Positions 59,522 through 64,000 of a stretch of DNA of 64,000 nt are shown piece by piece. The translations under genes and the position numbers were made by a program. Under the pieces are notes generated by a model that worked only from the letters and a program-made list of their open reading frames with translations, did no database searches and was not told where the DNA came from. Each line of letters begins with the position of its first letter. Positions within the stretch are counted from its first letter, which is position 1. The DNA is from Candidatus Aminicenantes bacterium (GTDB lineage: Bacteria; Acidobacteriota; Aminicenantia; Aminicenantales; Saccharicenantaceae), in assembly GCA_002877915.1 (NCBI GenBank), contig PNJE01000007.1, positions 1,163 through 65,162 on the forward strand, in the 5' to 3' direction.

Positions 59522-60555
59522 TTTCGGTTAAATTGCCTTAAAAATCTCAAGTCATTCTCATAAAAATAACGGATTTCAGGAATCTGGTAAGCAAACATCG
59601 CTGTCCGGTCTATCCCGAGACCGAAGGCCCAGCCAGAATATTTTTCCGGGTCAATGTTGACGTTTTTAAAAACTTGTGGGTCAACCATTCCGGCGCCCAA
59701 AATTTCTTTCCAGCCGCTACCACCGCATACCCGGCAGGCTGGATCCTGGCCGTGGCAGACAATGCATTCTATATCCACTTCCGCTGAAGGCTCGGTAAAA
59801 GGGAAAAAACTTGGGCGAAAGCGAAGTTTTATTTTTTCCCCGAACAGAGCTTTAATGAAATATTCCAGAGTTCCTTTCAAGTGGGCAAAGGTGATTCCTC
59901 GATCAACGACCAATCCTTCTACTTGATAAAACATTGGCAAGTGGGTGGGATCAGCCGTTTCTCGACGGAAAACCTTTCCGGGGATAATAATCCTGATCGG
60001 GGGCTTTTTCTTTTCCATCACCCGGATTTGGACAGGGGAGGTATGAGTTCTCAACAATAATTTATCATTAATGTATAGAGTATCCCAGCTATCGCGGGCT
60101 GGATGATGCGGCGGGAAATTAAGAGCTTCAAAATTGTAATAGTCGGTTTCTATTTCTGGCCCGTCTTCCACTGTAAATCCCATAGAAACAAATATTTTTT
60201 CAATGGCTAATTGAAAAAGAGTCAAAGGATGGGGAGCACCCCAGTAAGGTTTCCATCCGGGAAGAGTTAAATCTTCCGCGATTTTTTCCTGTGGCCTTAC
60301 AGTCTTAGCTTTGAGCTCGAGTTGGACCAATTGCTGTTGAATTTCTTCTTTGAATTCATTCAGGGCCCGGCCAGCCGCTTTTTTTTCTTCGGGTGGCAGA
60401 GTTTTAAGCTCTTCAAACAACAAAGTTAATAACCCTTTTTTTCTGCCGAAAAAAAGCTGACGGAGTTCTTCTACTTCTCGCTTTTCTTTTATTTTCGAAG
60501 AGTGCTCCTCGAAGAGATGTCGGTATTCTCTGATTTTGTTTTCCAGTATACTCAT
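59518..60555 (-). CDS. pheS: Phenylalanine--tRNA ligase alpha subunit
   Basis: Class II motifs (FRPSFFPFTEPS, GWAFGLGIDR). Start chosen at ATG 60553-60555 (MSILENK), 7 nt after the rplT stop. The ORF track extends 16 codons into rplT. Confidence 0.9.
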   Translation of the reverse strand: MSILENKIREYRHLFEEHSSKIKEKREVEELRQLFFGRKKGLLTLLFEELKTLPPEEKKAAGRALNEFKEEIQQQLVQLELKAKTVRPQEKIAEDLTLPGWKPYWGAPHPLTLFQLAIEKIFVSMGFTVEDGPEIETDYYNFEALNFPPHHPARDSWDTLYINDKLLLRTHTSPVQIRVMEKKKPPIRIIIPGKVFRRETADPTHLPMFYQVEGLVVDRGITFAHLKGTLEYFIKALFGEKIKLRFRPSFFPFTEPSAEVDIECIVCHGQDPACRVCGGSGWKEILGAGMVDPQVFKNVNIDPEKYSGWAFGLGIDRTAMFAYQIPEIRYFYENDLRFLRQFNRK

Positions 60556-60562
60556 GTCACCG

Positions 60563-60919
60563 TCAGGCCTGGGTTTGCTTAACTTTTTCTGCCAGAAAAG
60601 CAAATGTTTGCGGAGCAGAGACAGCTATTTCAGCAAGGATTTTTCTGTCCAGCTCAATATTCAGAGCTTTAAGGCCTTTAATGAAACGGCTATAAGAGAG
60701 GCCGTTGGCTTCGGCGGCTGCTTTTATTCTGATAATCCACAGACGGCGAAAATCTCTTTTCCTCGCCCGACGATCACGATAGGCATACTGAAGAGCTTTT
60801 TCTACGGCTTCCTTGGCTGTTCGATAATTGCTTTTCTTGGCTCCCCAATAGCCTTTGGCTAATTTTAATATTTTTTTCCTTCTTTCTCTTTTCTTGGAGC
60901 TTCTTTTCACTCGAGGCAT
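60563..60919 (-). CDS. rplT: 50S ribosomal protein L20
   Basis: [29 protein letters not shown]... is canonical L20. Confidence 0.95.
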   Translation of the reverse strand: MPRVKRSSKKRERRKKILKLAKGYWGAKKSNYRTAKEAVEKALQYAYRDRRARKRDFRRLWIIRIKAAAEANGLSYSRFIKGLKALNIELDRKILAEIAVSAPQTFAFLAEKVKQTQA

Positions 60920-60967
60920 GTCATTTCTCCTTTCGTAGTTTTCCCAGCAGGTAGCTTTAATCCCGGC

Positions 60968-61168
60968 TTAGAAGTCATAAGGAAGCATCTTTTTAACTAC
61001 CCGGCGGTCAGCCGCACTCAATTCCGTTTTTTTCCCTAACTGCCTGATTCTCTTGGCTGATTTTTTAGTTAGAATGTGGCTCTTGTTCGCTTTTTTGTGG
61101 AGTATTTTCTTGTTGGCTGTTATTTTGAATCTTTTTTTGGCTGCTTTGTTCGTTTTTAATTTTGGCAT
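60968..61168 (-). CDS. rpmI: 50S ribosomal protein L35
   Basis: MPKLKTNKAAKKRFKITANKKIL... is canonical L35. Confidence 0.9.
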   Translation of the reverse strand: MPKLKTNKAAKKRFKITANKKILHKKANKSHILTKKSAKRIRQLGKKTELSAADRRVVKKMLPYDF

Positions 61169-61724
61169 CTTTACCTCCTGTTTTTATGGGAACAATCAAG
61201 ACCGTACTGGCCCAGTCCTGCATTTTCACTTCGCCATCCTGATGGGCGATATCAGAGACCTCGGAAAGAATTCGATCCATCAGCTGGTGGGCCATTTCAG
61301 GATGGGATCTTTCTCTTCCTCTGATCATGATGGTAATTTTTACTTTATTACCTTCCTCAATGAACCGGCGAATGTGTTTCATTTTGAAGTTATAATCGTG
61401 GATGCTTATTTTCGGCCGGAACTTTATTTCTTTTATCAAAACCTGCTTCTGATGCTTTTTGGCTTCATGTTCTTTTTTATGAAGCTCGTAAAGGAATTTC
61501 CCGTAGTCCATTATCCGGCAGACGGGGGGATCGGCTGCCGGAGCAATTTCGACCAGGTCCAGACCTTTTTCCCTGGCAATGGATAGAGCTTGAGGAACGG
61601 GCATAATACCGAGTTGCTTCTTGTCCTCGTCTATCACTCTGATTTCTCTGGCTCTGATCATTTCATTAATCCTGTGTGGCTTCTCTTTGGCCTTAGCCGG
61701 CCGATAGGGTTCTCGCTGGAAAAT
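61065..61724 (-). CDS. infC: Translation initiation factor IF-3 with an AUU start codon and a low-complexity C-terminal extension overlapping rpmI
   Basis: The frame is open 21 codons upstream of the first ATG back to ATT (61722-61724), which sits 6 nt after AGGAGG. The N-terminus then reads ...KPHRINEMIRAREIRVIDED, matching the IF-3 N-terminus. The C-terminal about 28 aa (KNEQSSQKKIQNNSQQENTPQKSEQEPHSN) overlap rpmI by 104 nt. Confidence 0.8.
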   Translation of the reverse strand: MFQREPYRPAKAKEKPHRINEMIRAREIRVIDEDKKQLGIMPVPQALSIAREKGLDLVEIAPAADPPVCRIMDYGKFLYELHKKEHEAKKHQKQVLIKEIKFRPKISIHDYNFKMKHIRRFIEEGNKVKITIMIRGRERSHPEMAHQLMDRILSEVSDIAHQDGEVKMQDWASTVLIVPIKTGGKDAKIKNEQSSQKKIQNNSQQENTPQKSEQEPHSN

Positions 61725-61735
61725 AGTATTCCTCC

Positions 61736-63658
61736 TTAAAATTTAGTTTCTAAAGATTTATCCTCGATAAGCTTTTTAATTTTGCTTATAAAAGATTCGA
61801 TTTCAACCTGCCCCTGATCTCCCTGGCCATGGATTCTGAGGGAGAGACTCTGATTGCTCATTTCTTTATCTCCAACTATGGCTATCAGGGGAACTTTTTG
61901 CATTTCGGCTTCGCGGATTTTTTTATTGATTTTTTCCCGAGAATCATCAAGGCTGACTCTAAGGGCTTCCGCCCTGAACCTCGATTGTAATTCTCGGGCA
62001 TAAGCTTCATGCCTTTCAGCAATTGGCAGAATGGCTATCTGAACCGGAGCCAACCACAGTGGAAAATTGCCCTTGTAATGCTCGATCAAAACGCCAAAGA
62101 AACGTTCCATTGAACCAAGCAAAGCCCGGTGAATCATGAAAGGCCGCTCAAAAGTGCCATCTTGACTGACATAGGTCAGGTCAAACCTTTCTGGTAAATT
62201 AAAGTCTAATTGAATGGTGGTGCACTGCCATAGCCGGCCGATAGCATCTTTGATTTTTATATCAATTTTAGGGCCATAAAAGACCCCTTCACCCTCGTCT
62301 ATTTGATAGGTCAGGCCCGAACTTTTCAGGGCTTCTTCTAAGGCTTTTTCGGCTTTATCCCAATCTTCCAGTTTGCCCACATATTTGTCTGGGCGGGTGG
62401 CTAAGTAAACTTGATATTTTTCAAAACCAAAAGCCTTAAGCAACCTGGTAGCCAGCTGGATTACCCCTTTTATTTCATCTTCCAGCTGTTCTCCCCGGCA
62501 GAAAATATGGGCATCATCCTGAGTGAATCCCCGAACTCGAAGAAGACCATGCAGAACGCCGCTTCTTTCATAGCGATAGACGGTGCCCAGTTCCGCCCAG
62601 CGCAGCGGCAGTTCCCGGTAAGAACGTTGCCTGGATTTATAGGCAATTATGTGGAAAGGACAGTTCATCGGTTTAAGCTGGTATTTGAAGCCTTCGAACT
62701 CGAGAGGCGGAAACATGGCATCATAGAATTCTGTATGCCCACTCCTTTTCCAGAGGTCAAGTTTGGCGATGTGCGGGGAGTAAATGAAATCGTAGCCATC
62801 TTTGAGATGTTCTTCTTTCCAGAAATTTTCTATCAGGTGCCGGATTATAGCTCCCTTGGGATTCCAGATGACTAGTCCCCCACCAAGATCATCGCTGGTG
62901 GTGTAAAGATCCAGTTCCTGGCCAAGCCTCCGGTGATCGCGCTTTTTAGCTTCTTCCAGAAAGTTGAGATAATCTTCCAGTTCTTTCTCAGTGAAAAAGG
63001 CAGTGCCGTAAATTCTCTGAAGCTGCGGCCCTTTTTCATCTCCCTTCCAATAAGCGCCAGAAACAGAAAGGAGCTTGAAGAATTTCAAGTAGCCGGTCGA
63101 AGGAAGATGCGGCCCTAAGCAGAAATCGATGAAATCTCCCTGCTGGTAACAGGTAACTTCAGAACCGCCTTTTTCTTGAATTAATTCGACTTTTAACTCT
63201 TGACCGCGTTCCTTGAAGATTCTGATGGCTTCTTCCTTGCTAAGGACTAGACGTTGGATGGGAATATCTTGTTCGGCGATTTCCCGCATTCTTTTTTCGA
63301 TAGCTATGAGGTCTTCGGGCGTAAATGGATTATCCCGGAGAAAATCATAGTAAAAACCATTTTCTATGGCTGGGCCGATACCCACTTGGACGCCAGGAAA
63401 AAGCTCAGTAACGGCCTGGGCTAAAAGGTGCGAGGCACTGTGCCTGAGAGTTTCCAAAGCTTCTGGGTCGCCAGCGAAAACTAAGGAAAGCTCTCTTTCT
63501 TTATCTGCTGGGTAGCTAAGATCCAGAAGCAAGTGGTCGCTTCTAAATAGAATCGGGCTTTCACTTATTGGGAGCCCGGTTAATACTTCAGACAGAGGAG
63601 CACCCTTTTTTAAGAAAAAAATAGACTCCTCTATTTTTATTCTAATAAGTTCTTCCAT
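61736..63658 (-). CDS. thrS: Threonine--tRNA ligase
   Basis: 640 aa, with TGS, editing (HSASHLL, ...H), class II core and anticodon-binding domains. Confidence 0.95.
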   Translation of the reverse strand: MEELIRIKIEESIFFLKKGAPLSEVLTGLPISESPILFRSDHLLLDLSYPADKERELSLVFAGDPEALETLRHSASHLLAQAVTELFPGVQVGIGPAIENGFYYDFLRDNPFTPEDLIAIEKRMREIAEQDIPIQRLVLSKEEAIRIFKERGQELKVELIQEKGGSEVTCYQQGDFIDFCLGPHLPSTGYLKFFKLLSVSGAYWKGDEKGPQLQRIYGTAFFTEKELEDYLNFLEEAKKRDHRRLGQELDLYTTSDDLGGGLVIWNPKGAIIRHLIENFWKEEHLKDGYDFIYSPHIAKLDLWKRSGHTEFYDAMFPPLEFEGFKYQLKPMNCPFHIIAYKSRQRSYRELPLRWAELGTVYRYERSGVLHGLLRVRGFTQDDAHIFCRGEQLEDEIKGVIQLATRLLKAFGFEKYQVYLATRPDKYVGKLEDWDKAEKALEEALKSSGLTYQIDEGEGVFYGPKIDIKIKDAIGRLWQCTTIQLDFNLPERFDLTYVSQDGTFERPFMIHRALLGSMERFFGVLIEHYKGNFPLWLAPVQIAILPIAERHEAYARELQSRFRAEALRVSLDDSREKINKKIREAEMQKVPLIAIVGDKEMSNQSLSLRIHGQGDQGQVEIESFISKIKKLIEDKSLETKF

Positions 63659-63686
63659 TTACTCAATTCAATTCTTTTATTTATCT

Positions 63687-63722
63687 TACCATAACCAGGG
63701 TTAAATTGATTTCCTGGTGGTA
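63687..63722 (-). promoter_or_regulatory. Hairpin in the 78-nt spacer between tRNA-Val and thrS (- strand: TACCACCAGG-n13-CCTGGuuaTGGTA)
   Basis: 10-bp stem with a 3-nt bulge. There is no clear U-tract. It could be a processing/attenuation element between the tRNA and the thrS operon. Confidence 0.3.
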
Positions 63723-63736
63723 AAAATCAGAAAAAC

Positions 63737-63811
63737 TGGTAGGCGCGGAGGGGATTGAACCCACGACCTCTTCCGCGTCAAGGAAGCGCTCTCCCACTGA
63801 GCTACGCGCCT
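63737..63811 (-). tRNA. tRNA-Val (anticodon GAC), CCA encoded
   Basis: Reverse complement is AGGCGCG-TA-GCTCAGTGGGAGAGC-G-CTTCC-TTGACGC-GGAAG-AGGTC-GTGGG-TTCAATC-CCCTC-CGCGCCT-A-CCA. The acceptor has 7 bp, the D and anticodon arms are clean, and the T-stem has one U-U mismatch. Confidence 0.75.
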
Positions 63812-63835
63812 GCCCTGCTCTTTTAAGCCCCTATA

Positions 63836-63864
63836 TATTAATTAAATCTTGCCTTATCTGTCAA
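63836..63864 (-). promoter_or_regulatory. Sigma70-type promoter for tRNA-Val: TTGACA-17 nt-TTAATA
   Basis: - strand has a consensus -35 TTGACA (+ 63859-63864) and a -10 TTAATA/TAATAT (+ 63836-63841) with a 17-nt spacer, about 25 nt upstream of the tRNA 5' end. Confidence 0.5.
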
Positions 63865-64000
63865 GCTGATAAGTTCCTTAGCTAATTTAACTTGACGAAA
63901 TGCGGGCCCAAATAATCTCTTTTATTGGTCGATGATAGCGATTAAGCTATAATAAAAATATGGTTGGCATAATGGCTGATTCTCACGATAACCTTCCGGC

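Noticed and set aside
63659-63736. T-box riboswitch leader for thrS
   Set aside because: The spacer is only 78 nt, against about 250 nt for a T-box. It has no specifier-loop or antiterminator T-box consensus. It holds only one bulged hairpin.

Overview
This 64-kb window (about 45% GC) is a gene-dense chromosomal segment from a diderm bacterium. The LptD and OprO/P-like porin genes indicate an outer membrane, yet the core gene order is Firmicutes-like. Examples are yacL-like/ispF, dprA-topA-xerC, xseA-xseB-ispA-dxs-tlyA-nadK, and thrS-infC-rpmI-rplT-pheS-pheT-zapA-rny-ymdB. I call about 60 CDS and one tRNA-Val(GAC) with a near-consensus promoter. No rRNA, CRISPR array or clear mobile element is present.

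The notable content is as follows.
1. Two divergent pstSCAB phosphate-uptake operons, neither with phoU. One sits behind an Rrf2 (Fe-S-type) regulator. The other sits behind an OprO/P-like porin and an orphan PhoB-like response regulator.
2. A polysaccharide export locus carrying an outer-membrane beta-barrel, Wza, a fused Wzc BY-kinase, a PHP-type tyrosine phosphatase, a bitopic CarbPepD_reg-like protein, a Wzy/O-antigen-ligase-like protein, a TPR-like protein and a GH5 pseudogene. It has no glycosyltransferase, flippase or priming transferase.
3. An isolated atpZ-atpI-atpB-atpE cluster encoding F0 subunits a and c only. Its c subunit carries a Na+-type ligand signature (Q...E-T...Y) and an N-terminal extension.
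4. Two gene wrecks: an NSS-family transporter reduced to N- and C-terminal stubs, and a GH5 hydrolase with an in-frame TGA.
5. A 117-nt multi-hairpin intergenic element between zapA and rny, the only large gap in a 17-kb co-directional operon run.
6. An infC gene that uses the classical AUU start and has a low-complexity tail overlapping rpmI by about 100 nt.

All calls rest on reading the translated ORFs and the raw sequence. No database search was run.
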